Assembly: GCA_039196715.1 (NCBI GenBank)
Contig: JBCCUP010000002.1
Coordinates: forward strand, 73,601 to 137,600
Direction of reading: 5' to 3'
Length of the DNA: 64,000 nt
Origin: Pseudomonadota bacterium
GTDB taxonomy: Bacteria > Pseudomonadota > Gammaproteobacteria > CALCKW01
In this document: positions 51,777 through 60,003 of the stretch, in pieces
Layout: each line of letters starts with the position of its first letter
Position numbering within the stretch: the first letter of the stretch is position 1
The notes under the pieces: generated by a model
What the model saw: the letters and a program-made list of their open reading frames with translations, nothing else
The model's database searches: none
Told to the model about the DNA's origin: nothing
Program-made: the position numbers and the translations under genes

Positions 51777-52976
51777 TCACGCGGGCCACTGGAGTGATCG
51801 GCTGTCAGCGTCGCGCACACGGCGCCAGACGGCCCGCGTCCGCCGTGCGAGCTGAATCAGCCGGGCGACCGGTGCGCTGCGGTAGAGATCCAGCGTCACC
51901 GAGTGTTGCCAGTCCTTGGCGTAGGTCGACTTGTAGTCGTAGTCGCCTTTCAGCGCGTCAATGCGGGTGGCACCGTCTTCGATGGCACGCTCGATCATGT
52001 GCATCATCATCAGGTGACCCGGGCTCAGCTCCTTGAAGCGCGGGTCGAAGCCGGTCTGGAAGAGCGCGAGCACCCCTTTGACCTGAAAGGCGTACTCGAT
52101 GCCGACGGTCTCCTCGTCGAGCTTCAATTCGACCAGGCGCAACTCCCCGCGCGCCAGCGAGCGCTGCATCAGGGCCTGGTGGAAGGCGTTGTAGGCCGCT
52201 GAGGAGAAGCTGCCGTGCTCGCCCTTGCTGACCTGGCGGCTGCGGTGCAGTGTGGCGAGACGTTCGAAGACCGCCGCGATGTCGCCGGCGTGTTCGCAGC
52301 GCACAAACCGCGCGTCGCCGGTTTGGTGCAGTTTCTGAAACCGGCGTTTGCGTTGCTTGCGGGCGTTCTTGCTCAGCGAGGCCACGTAGGCGTCGACGCT
52401 GTCCGGCAAGCTGTCCACACGGCGCTGGTGGTCGATGCGGTGGCAGAGGGTCCAGCCTTGCGCACCGGCTTCGGTGATCACCTGGTCGTGCAACTCCGCC
52501 GCCCTGGGCATGTCACACAGGTGCAGGCGGTCGACGGTGCCGAGTGACATCAGGTGGGCAACCAGTGCGCTGCTCACGGTGTCGCGGTGCGCGGGTTGGC
52601 ACAACACCCCGAGATCATCGGGCGAGGTGTCGCCGCCGGATCCGATGAACCGCAGCGTCGTGACCGGCAGGCAACGCAAGGCCCGCGTTCGACTGAGGTA
52701 GCACGGTGCGATTGCCACCGGGCCACCATCGACGTGTACCACCACAATCAGCAATGAGTGCGCGTCGCCGTAGTGCGACCACCACAGGCGGTTCCAGTCC
52801 CAGCTGTTGAACACCCCTGCCGTGGGATCGTCGTTGAACAGCGTGGTCCAGGTGGCCTCGAGTCGGTCGAACTCGCGTTCGGTCGTCACATGGGTAAACA
52901 ACACACGAGCAGGAGCGGATCCCGTTTTGTCGGTACTGATCGATTGGCTGTCACAACCGTTGTCAATGGCGTTCAT
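51777..52976 (-). CDS. GNAT-fold acyltransferase (FemAB/CelD-like, Acetyltransf_6)
   Basis: About 400 aa with …LFNDDPTAGVFNSWDWNRLWW… and C-terminal …GATRIDALKGDYDYKSTYAKDW… (BioF2/CelD-like family pattern). Start taken at the internal Met (MNAIDNG…). The 41 codons upstream are R/P/S/T-rich. Confidence 0.55.
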   Translation of the reverse strand: MNAIDNGCDSQSISTDKTGSAPARVLFTHVTTEREFDRLEATWTTLFNDDPTAGVFNSWDWNRLWWSHYGDAHSLLIVVVHVDGGPVAIAPCYLSRTRALRCLPVTTLRFIGSGGDTSPDDLGVLCQPAHRDTVSSALVAHLMSLGTVDRLHLCDMPRAAELHDQVITEAGAQGWTLCHRIDHQRRVDSLPDSVDAYVASLSKNARKQRKRRFQKLHQTGDARFVRCEHAGDIAAVFERLATLHRSRQVSKGEHGSFSSAAYNAFHQALMQRSLARGELRLVELKLDEETVGIEYAFQVKGVLALFQTGFDPRFKELSPGHLMMMHMIERAIEDGATRIDALKGDYDYKSTYAKDWQHSVTLDLYRSAPVARLIQLARRTRAVWRRVRDADSRSLQWPA

Positions 52977-53703
52977 GACGATAGGGGCCGGGTTTGTACT
53001 GGCGGTGCTGCGTCGACAGCGCTTCGGGTGGCTGGGTGTGTGTGTGCTCGCGGGCACCGGCCTGTTGTGGTTGGCGAGTGCACCCATGGCAGCGAACAAC
53101 TTTGTCCGTTGGGTCGAGCAACCGAAACAGCCTCCCCATGGTGCGTGTGCAACGGTGCTGTTGCAACAGGCGTCGGACTGGCCGGTGGTGGTGCTCGGAG
53201 GGGCGTTCGACGCCTACACCGACAACACCGACCCCTTCGAGGTGCTGTCGCATGCCTCGCTGCTGCGGGTGTTGCACGCGGCCAAGTTCGACACCGGTGA
53301 GACGCGCTTCTTTGCGCTCGGTGGAGGTCAGACATCGCGCAAGATCAGCACGTTGCTGGCACAGGTGCTACTGACCCGCGGTGTTGACGCCGCGCGCATC
53401 ACAGTCGAGACGCACAGCGACTCGACCCACGAAAATGCCACCGAGCTCGCCAAGCTGCTGCCTCCCGAGACGGCCGGCCCGATCGTCCTGGTGACGTCGG
53501 CGCTGCACATGAACCGAGCCGAAGCGGTGTTCCGGGCCACCGGCTTCGACGTCTGCCCGGCGCGGGTGGGAACGTTGTACTCGCCGCCGGCCGGTTGGGT
53601 CGGGTATGTGCCGTACATTGATCCGTTGCTCAAGAGCAGCCGTGCCTGGCGCGAGTTCGTGGTCTCACTACTCTACTGGTGGCGCGGCCTCAGCGTGTTT
53701 TGA
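52927..53703 (+). CDS. DUF218 (ElyC/YdcF-like) envelope protein
   Basis: N-terminal TM pair aligning with E. coli ElyC (…PLSMAFMTIGAGFVLAVL… vs …PLPLMLLIIGAGLALL…), DUF218 core (…VVLGGAFD…, LVTSALHMNRA). Start uncertain (TTG 52927 or ATG 52966). Either start overlaps the divergent GNAT gene start. Confidence 0.55.
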   Translation: MSVLIDWLSQPLSMAFMTIGAGFVLAVLRRQRFGWLGVCVLAGTGLLWLASAPMAANNFVRWVEQPKQPPHGACATVLLQQASDWPVVVLGGAFDAYTDNTDPFEVLSHASLLRVLHAAKFDTGETRFFALGGGQTSRKISTLLAQVLLTRGVDAARITVETHSDSTHENATELAKLLPPETAGPIVLVTSALHMNRAEAVFRATGFDVCPARVGTLYSPPAGWVGYVPYIDPLLKSSRAWREFVVSLLYWWRGLSVF

Positions 53704-54672
53704 AAACGAAGCGTGGCGCATCTCCGGCAGTTTACGGATGCCGAGCGGTGCTTCGGGGTCGACTTGCATGTCGGTCAAGTAGCTCGCCGAGCGGTCGCGG
53801 CGCTTGAAGGGCCGGATCTTGTTCACCACGCGGTAGGTCATGCGCTTCATCGCCGGCATCATGCCTTCTTCGGCCATGCTGCGTGACGCGACGCCGAGGT
53901 TGCGCAGCACGAAGCGGTTGGCCAGTTGCACGTACTGTCGCTTGTAGATGGCCGGCGTGTAGTAGCTCGTCGCCAGTGACACATTCATGTCTTCGTTGAC
54001 GATGCGGTGTGGCCCGTTGTGTGGCCAGGACGCGACGTCGCCCGGCGACAGCAGAAAGGACTCGGCGCGGTCGTCGAAGGACGGGTCGAAGGGCAGGTTT
54101 TCGTCGATTTCACCTGCGTAGATGTCCTCGAGCAGGTGCTGCGGTACCAGGCTGGTGTCCATTGCCGGGTAGATCCAGACGCGTTTCTGTCCACGCAGGT
54201 GCCAGAGCATGTTGGGTTCGGCATCGACGTGGTAGTACACCTGAGCGCCGGGTGAGCTGATCAACAGCGTGCTGTAGTTCGGCTGCGGGTTTTGCAGGTG
54301 CGGGCACTTCTCGCCGAGGTGGGCGTACATGTCGCCGACGAGGTCGGCGTAGTCGCGCGAAAACTCCTCGACGTGGGTGACGTTCAGCCACAGTCGACCG
54401 CCTTCGACCGCGCGCCACAGCGACTCGCCGGTGGCGTCAGCGGGGATGTCCACGCAACCCCAATCGCCAGGTTTGCACGGGTCGTCGCCCATGGTGAAGG
54501 CCTGCAGCCACTTGCGCGGGAAGTTGTCGAGCAGCTCGACCAGTTCGGGCTTATCGAACAGGGTACGCTCGTGGTAGCGGTGGCGGCTGACCATGGGCAC
54601 GTTGCCGAATTGGGCGTACTCGGATTCGGACCACGAAATCGGGGCGGTGTTTGACATGGGGTTTGACTTCAT
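53668..54672 (-). CDS. Cupin-like / JmjC-type Fe(II) 2-oxoglutarate oxygenase (predicted)
   Basis: Double-stranded beta-helix signature: …LWLNVTHVEEF…, H-x-D (YYHVDAE) and distal His (WPHNGPHRIVNED), LWHLRGQKRVWIYP. 334 aa. Last gene of an operon with PCD and a GNAT-like protein. Confidence 0.5.
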   Translation of the reverse strand: MKSNPMSNTAPISWSESEYAQFGNVPMVSRHRYHERTLFDKPELVELLDNFPRKWLQAFTMGDDPCKPGDWGCVDIPADATGESLWRAVEGGRLWLNVTHVEEFSRDYADLVGDMYAHLGEKCPHLQNPQPNYSTLLISSPGAQVYYHVDAEPNMLWHLRGQKRVWIYPAMDTSLVPQHLLEDIYAGEIDENLPFDPSFDDRAESFLLSPGDVASWPHNGPHRIVNEDMNVSLATSYYTPAIYKRQYVQLANRFVLRNLGVASRSMAEEGMMPAMKRMTYRVVNKIRPFKRRDRSASYLTDMQVDPEAPLGIRKLPEMRHASFSKHAEAAPPVE

Positions 54673-54755
54673 TGGTTAGGGGTTCCTAAAGAGGCTTCAT
54701 CGGGCGATCGGGGCAAATACTTGAGTGCCTGCTAACAGACAGGCGATCGGCGAGC

Positions 54756-55463
54756 TCACGGCGTCTGCCCCCGCCGGTTCAGTGCGCCGGCCCGCTCGAC
54801 GACCATGCGGATGGCCGCGCGCGAATGCGAGACAATCGTGCCGGTGCGCGCGTCGATGGGGGCGGGCAACTTGAAATGGTGTCGGCCGCGGAACACCCAC
54901 TCCGCAGCGAGGCCGCAGCGCTTGAAGCCGAGCCGGGCGGCGCTCGACAGAAACGGGGCGTTGCCGATGTCGGTGGTCGTGACGATCGCGTTGGACGGGC
55001 CCCCGTCGCCAAGATGCGCGAGCGCGAACAGCGTGATCCGGGCGTTCAGGTGTTGGCCGCGGTGCGCGGGGTCGACAAAGGACTTGAACAGGTAGTGGGT
55101 GTCCGCCGGGAGCAGTAAACCGATACCGTCGAACTCGGTGCCGCCGCGGTTGTGACGGGCCGCCACGCGGTCGGCGGCGAAGAAGCTGGTTGCGACCAGG
55201 CGGTCATCTCGGAAGGCGCCAATCGCGACGATGCCGTCGCGCTTGCAGTCGTCGGCCAGCGCCTCGGAGACATCGAACCGGCCCGCCGCGGCCAGGGCCT
55301 GCAGGTCGTCGGTGTCGAGCGGACGAACCGTGTAGTCGTCGCTGGTTTGCAAACCGGTCACGGTGTCGCGGCTCACCCACAGCAGGTGCGTCACGTCGAG
55401 CGGCAGCAGGCGCTTGATCACCTGGTACACGCCGAGGCGCAGTGTGTGGAGCACAGGCGTCAT
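54756..55463 (-). CDS. Hypothetical protein, probable GNAT-fold acyltransferase
   Basis: 235 aa. …FVDPAHRGQHLNARITLFALAHL… resembles GNAT motif A. Translationally coupled: the stop overlaps the PCD gene and it precedes the cupin gene. Confidence 0.4.
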   Translation of the reverse strand: MTPVLHTLRLGVYQVIKRLLPLDVTHLLWVSRDTVTGLQTSDDYTVRPLDTDDLQALAAAGRFDVSEALADDCKRDGIVAIGAFRDDRLVATSFFAADRVAARHNRGGTEFDGIGLLLPADTHYLFKSFVDPAHRGQHLNARITLFALAHLGDGGPSNAIVTTTDIGNAPFLSSAARLGFKRCGLAAEWVFRGRHHFKLPAPIDARTGTIVSHSRAAIRMVVERAGALNRRGQTP

Positions 55464-55780
55464 GGGGCGCGGGCGCCGTGCGTTTCGGCAAGGGCATCGA
55501 TCCCGCGGGCCAACGCGATGTCCCGTTGCGTGAGCCCCTTGACGTCGTGGCTGGTCAACGAAACGGTGACGCGGTTGTAGCGGTTGGACCAGTCCGGGTG
55601 GTGGTCCTGCGATTCGGCGAGGTCGGCGACATCGGTCATGAACGCGAAGGCCGCGCGAAAACTGCGGAACACCAGCGTGCGCGACAGGCTGCCGCCGGCC
55701 AGCGCGTCGCCGTGGCGCTGCCAGTGGGTCAGCGCGTCGAAGTCGGCGAGGGTCGGTTCAGCGGGCATCACGGCACACAA
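55460..55780 (-). CDS. Pterin-4-alpha-carbinolamine dehydratase (PCD/PhhB)
   Basis: …WQRHGDALAGGSLSRTLVFRSFRAAFAFMTDVADLAESQDHHPDWSNRYNRVTVSLTSHDVKGLTQRDIALARGID… complete PCD signature. The start may be the internal Met at 55768. Confidence 0.75.
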   Translation of the reverse strand: MCAVMPAEPTLADFDALTHWQRHGDALAGGSLSRTLVFRSFRAAFAFMTDVADLAESQDHHPDWSNRYNRVTVSLTSHDVKGLTQRDIALARGIDALAETHGARAP

Positions 55781-55855
55781 AGTTGGACGATTTCACAGTT
55801 TGAGCGCTTGGCACTCGACTGCCAAGTGTGACGTGCACCGCACTGGTAAACTTCT

Positions 55856-58015
55856 GTGATGGACGTCACATATCTCCTCGACGCGCTGAACAGCAAGCAG
55901 CGCGATGCCGTGTCGGCGCCGCCCGGGAACCTGCTGATCCTCGCCGGGGCGGGCAGTGGCAAGACCCGCGTGCTGACCCACCGCATCGCCTGGCTCAACG
56001 CGGTCGAGAACGTCTCGCCCTTCGGTGTGCTCGCCGTGACCTTCACCAACAAGGCGGCAAGCGAGATGCGCGGCCGGCTCGAGAGCATGCTGGACCGGCC
56101 ACTCGGGCCGATGTGGGTGGGCACCTTTCACGGGTTGGCGCACCGCATGCTGCGGCAGCACTGGCAGGATGCCAAGCTGCCCCAGGGTTTCCAGATCCTC
56201 GACGCTGACGACCAGTTGCGCCTGGTCAAGCGCCTGGTGCGCGGGCTCAACCTCGACGAGGCCGCCTTCCCGCCGCGCCAGGCCGTCTGGTTCATCAACG
56301 CGCGCAAGGACGAGGGGCTGCGTGCCGCCCACCTCGACACGCCGCGCGACGAGGTGCAGCAGCAGTTCCAGCGGATTTACACCGCCTACGAGGGCGCTTG
56401 CGAGCGCGCTGGCGCGGTCGACTTTGCCGAGCTGCTCCTGCGTTCGCTCGAGCTGTTGCGAGACAACGCACCCGTGCGCGAGCACTACCAGCGGCGTTTC
56501 AGCCACCTGTTGATCGACGAGTTTCAGGACACCAACGAAATCCAGTACGCCTGGTTGCGCACCCTGGCCGGGCCGAGCTGCAGCGTGTTCGCGGTGGGCG
56601 ACGACGACCAGTCGATCTACGGCTGGCGCGGTGCTCGGATCGAAAACATGCACAATTTTCGCGAGGATTTTGCCAACGTCGAGGTGGTGCGCCTGGAGCA
56701 GAACTACCGCTCGACCGGCACCATTCTGAAAGCCGCCAACGCGCTGATCGAGCACAACGCGGGGCGCCTGGGCAAGAACCTCTGGACCGACGCCGGCAAC
56801 GGCGAGGCGATCAGCTTCTACACCGCCTTCGACGAGCGCGACGAGGCCCGCTTCGTGGTCGAGCGGGTGAAGAACTGGGTCGAGCAGGGTGGCCGACGGG
56901 ACGAGTGTGCGGTGCTCTACCGCTCGAACGCCCAGAGCCGGGTGCTCGAGGAGGCGATGATCACCGCCAACCTGCCCTACCGGGTCTACGGCGGCATGCG
57001 CTTTTTTGAGCGCGCCGAGATCAAGGACGCGTTGGCTTACCTGCGCTTGGTGTGCAACCGCGACGACGACGTCTCCTTCGAGCGTGTTGTCAACCAACCC
57101 ACACGCGGCATCGGTGAGCGCAGCGTGGCGCAGTTGCGCGAACTCGCGCGTGACCAGGGCCTGAGCCTGTGGCAGGCGGCGGGTCAGGTGTCAGGTCGAG
57201 CTGGAGTGGCATTAACGAAATTTCTGACACTGGTCGACGCGCTCGCGGCGCAATGCGGCGACGACCCACTCGCGGACCAGATCGACACCGTGATCGCGCA
57301 ATCGGGGCTGCTGGCGCACTACCAGAAAGACGAAAGCGAGAAGGGCCAGGCGCGGGTCGAGAACCTCGAGGAACTGGTCGGCGCGGCGCGTGTGTTCAGT
57401 CCCGACAGCGACGCGATCGAGGCGCTCTCGCCGCTCGAGATGTTTCTCGCCCAGGCCGCGCTCGACGCCGGTGACGCCCAGGGCGAGGCCTGGGAGGACT
57501 GCGTGCAATTGATGACACTGCATTCGGCCAAGGGCCTCGAGTACCCGGTGGTCTTCATGGTGGGCATGGAGGAGGGGCTCTTTCCCCACCAGCGCACACT
57601 CGAGGACCCGAGCCAACTCGAGGAGGAACGGCGCATTGCCTACGTCGGCATCACCCGTGCGCGCGAGAAGCTCTACCTGTGCCAGGCTGAGAACCGACGT
57701 CTGCACGGGCGCGAGCTGTTCACCGTGTGTTCGCGCTTCGTCGGTGAGCTGCCCGGGGAGCTCATCGACGAGATCCGCCCCCAGGTGCAGGTAACCCGGC
57801 CGGTCTACCAGCACCCCGAGCGCGTGACGCCCAGCTTCCTCGAAGAGCAGACGCCTTACGCGATCGGACAGCGCGTGTTGCACAACACCTTCGGGGAGGG
57901 CGTGGTGACCGGCTGTGAAGGCCAGGGCAAGAACATGCGCATGCAGGTCAACTTCGAGGCCGAGGGGCAGAAATGGCTGGTGTTGGCCTACGCCAACCTG
58001 ACGCCGCTGGCCTGA
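55856..58015 (+). CDS. uvrD: DNA helicase II UvrD
   Basis: …LNSKQRDAVSAPPGNLLILAGAGSGKTRVLTHRIAWL… SF1 helicase motifs I-VI. 719 aa (E. coli UvrD is 720 aa). Confidence 0.9.
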   Translation: MMDVTYLLDALNSKQRDAVSAPPGNLLILAGAGSGKTRVLTHRIAWLNAVENVSPFGVLAVTFTNKAASEMRGRLESMLDRPLGPMWVGTFHGLAHRMLRQHWQDAKLPQGFQILDADDQLRLVKRLVRGLNLDEAAFPPRQAVWFINARKDEGLRAAHLDTPRDEVQQQFQRIYTAYEGACERAGAVDFAELLLRSLELLRDNAPVREHYQRRFSHLLIDEFQDTNEIQYAWLRTLAGPSCSVFAVGDDDQSIYGWRGARIENMHNFREDFANVEVVRLEQNYRSTGTILKAANALIEHNAGRLGKNLWTDAGNGEAISFYTAFDERDEARFVVERVKNWVEQGGRRDECAVLYRSNAQSRVLEEAMITANLPYRVYGGMRFFERAEIKDALAYLRLVCNRDDDVSFERVVNQPTRGIGERSVAQLRELARDQGLSLWQAAGQVSGRAGVALTKFLTLVDALAAQCGDDPLADQIDTVIAQSGLLAHYQKDESEKGQARVENLEELVGAARVFSPDSDAIEALSPLEMFLAQAALDAGDAQGEAWEDCVQLMTLHSAKGLEYPVVFMVGMEEGLFPHQRTLEDPSQLEEERRIAYVGITRAREKLYLCQAENRRLHGRELFTVCSRFVGELPGELIDEIRPQVQVTRPVYQHPERVTPSFLEEQTPYAIGQRVLHNTFGEGVVTGCEGQGKNMRMQVNFEAEGQKWLVLAYANLTPLA

Positions 58016-58034
58016 ACCACGGGAGCACAGTGGT

Positions 58035-58781
58035 ATGAGCAAGCGAATCCTGGTCACCGGCGGCAGCCGCGGCATCGGTGCGGCCACCGTGCGCCTGCTG
58101 GCGCAACGCGGCGATCGTGTCTGCGTCAACTACCGGCGTGACGCGAGCGCGGCGGCGGCCCTCGTTGACGAGCTCGACGGGCGGGGGGCGGAGGTGTTTA
58201 CTGCGCAGGCGGACGTCGCCGACGAGGCCGAGGTCATGGCGCTGTTCGAGTCGCTCGACGCGCGCTGGGGTGGCCTGGATGGCCTCGTGAACAACGCCGG
58301 GATCCTGCACACCAAGACCCGGTTGAGCGGCATCGATGCCGCGCGCATCAACGCGGTGCTGGCAACCAACGTCACCGGTACGCTCTTGTGCGCTCGCGAG
58401 GCGGTCAACCGCATGTCCACCGCCTCGGGCGGCGCCGGGGGGAGCATCGTCAATGTGTCGTCATCCGCCTCGCGGCTCGGCGCGCCGAACGAGTACATCG
58501 ACTACGCCGCGAGCAAGGGGGCGGTCGACGCCCTGACCACCGGCCTCGCGGTGGAGGTGGCAACCGAAGGCGTGCGCGTCAACGCCGTGCGTCCCGGTCT
58601 GATCTACACCGACATCCATGCCTCCGGTGGGGAGCCCGGTCGGGTCGACCGGCTGAAGCACGTTGTGCCGATGCAGCGCGGGGGGCTGGCAGAGGAAGTC
58701 GCCGAGGCCATCGTCTGGCTGTTGTCCGATGCGTCCTCGTATACCACCGGGTCGTTTATCGACGTCAGCGGCGGCCGCTGA
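58035..58781 (+). CDS. SDR family NAD(P)-dependent oxidoreductase
   Basis: MSKRILVTGGSRGIGAATV… TGxxxGxG cofactor motif, NNAG, catalytic Y-x-x-x-K (YAASKGAV). 248 aa. Confidence 0.85.
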   Translation: MSKRILVTGGSRGIGAATVRLLAQRGDRVCVNYRRDASAAAALVDELDGRGAEVFTAQADVADEAEVMALFESLDARWGGLDGLVNNAGILHTKTRLSGIDAARINAVLATNVTGTLLCAREAVNRMSTASGGAGGSIVNVSSSASRLGAPNEYIDYAASKGAVDALTTGLAVEVATEGVRVNAVRPGLIYTDIHASGGEPGRVDRLKHVVPMQRGGLAEEVAEAIVWLLSDASSYTTGSFIDVSGGR

Positions 58782-58805
58782 CCCTATCCACACTGACCCT
58801 ATCCA
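58779..58805. repeat. Tandem 12-bp direct repeat TGACCCTATCCA (x2, 3-bp spacer) at the GC-rich / low-GC boundary
   Basis: TGACCCTATCCA-cac-TGACCCTATCCA read directly at 58779-58805. The first copy overlaps the SDR stop codon. Each copy embeds CTATCCA(C/G)A, a DnaA-box-like core. Confidence 0.5.
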
Positions 58806-59195
58806 GACAGGCATGAATCGAAAGTCGCATTGACTAAGTCAGGCCGCTTTTAGCCATTTCACGGGTATTTGTGCGGATTGATGTGGTGGCGAAGAAGTCA
58901 GCGTTTACGGCCTCGCCAGCGGCTGTTTCCCACGTTTTGCGGCTGTCAACGAAGCGTCGGCTGCGGCGTGGTAGCAACAGGGACTCGGGATGGTGGGCGC
59001 GGCTCGGTGCAGCTTCAGCGGCGGAGATCGACGGTGACGCTTGCCGACGTTGCGTGTCGCGCGCTGAATCGCTTCGGCGGATCCGACCCGGCTGCGACAG
59101 GCAGTATCAAATGCCGTCGTGACTGTGAGCCACCTCGTTGCCGTGAAGCCCAAGCGCTCGTGGGCAGGTGACAGCTGCAGTAGGTCACGCCCCCT

Positions 59196-59978
59196 TCAAG
59201 CCACATTCTGCATTGCAGACGGTATGCCATTTGAAAGCAGCGCGCCACCACCGGGAGCGATCTCGGTTAAACCGAGGCTACGCAGGATTTGCCAGGTCGT
59301 CGCTACGGAAGCGGAAAGGGTGGGTAAGCCCGACGCTCGTTCAATCATTTCAATTGCAGGCAGTGATGGCATCTGGACGCATGCAGATGCGACAACTGCA
59401 TCCACACCGCTCAGGTCTAACTTGCGCCAAAGCTCTGAGGGTGCAGTTGGGTCTTGGGCTGCCACGGTGAGATTGTCGGGAATTTCCAAAGCGAGAAAAT
59501 CCTGGACCTCAACACCTTCATGCTCCATGTAGTCCACCACTAGTTTGCTCAAGGGTTTCATATAAGGGCAGATGATCGAAACCTTCTTGATCCCCAACTC
59601 TTTCATCGCATCTATAAGCGCTCCGGCGGAGTTCAAGACTGGCGTAGGGCAACCGTTCTCGACCGTCGTTTGGTGGAGCTTGTCAGAGGATGTGCGATGG
59701 TAACCATGCCCCATGGACATAATCGCCACGAGGCACGCATAGGCTTGAACATCCACCGCCGCGTCTGAAAGCTCAGTCGCACAACGGACGCTATCGGCAT
59801 CCATGGCCTCGAGCTCTTCTTTCACAACAGCTTTCATCCGCATGCGCGAGCTGTGAAATGTGAAGCGCTCTGGCAAAATGGCCTCTCGCGCTTTTAGCAG
59901 GGTAGGTATCTCAGTCTCCATTGTGACATTCGAGCTGGGGACAATCATCCCAATGCGGCGATAGTTGGCAGTGGTCAT
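59196..59978 (-). CDS. Asp/Glu/hydantoin racemase superfamily protein (maleate isomerase / EutA-like)
   Basis: …RRIGMIVPSSNVTMETEI… N-terminal motif characteristic of maleate isomerase/arylmalonate decarboxylase-type enzymes. Two-domain length of about 260 aa. Lower-GC codon usage. Confidence 0.7.
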   Translation of the reverse strand: MTTANYRRIGMIVPSSNVTMETEIPTLLKAREAILPERFTFHSSRMRMKAVVKEELEAMDADSVRCATELSDAAVDVQAYACLVAIMSMGHGYHRTSSDKLHQTTVENGCPTPVLNSAGALIDAMKELGIKKVSIICPYMKPLSKLVVDYMEHEGVEVQDFLALEIPDNLTVAAQDPTAPSELWRKLDLSGVDAVVASACVQMPSLPAIEMIERASGLPTLSASVATTWQILRSLGLTEIAPGGGALLSNGIPSAMQNVA

Positions 59979-60003
59979 TAAATAGTTCCTCAAATTTAAG
60001 GGA

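Noticed and set aside
58869-59171. Small ORFs in the 414-bp spacer before the low-GC segment (58869..59171+, 58871..59122+, 58905..59153-).
   Set aside because: Mutually overlapping, with no motifs or RBS. The region is more likely a non-coding junction or decayed remnant.
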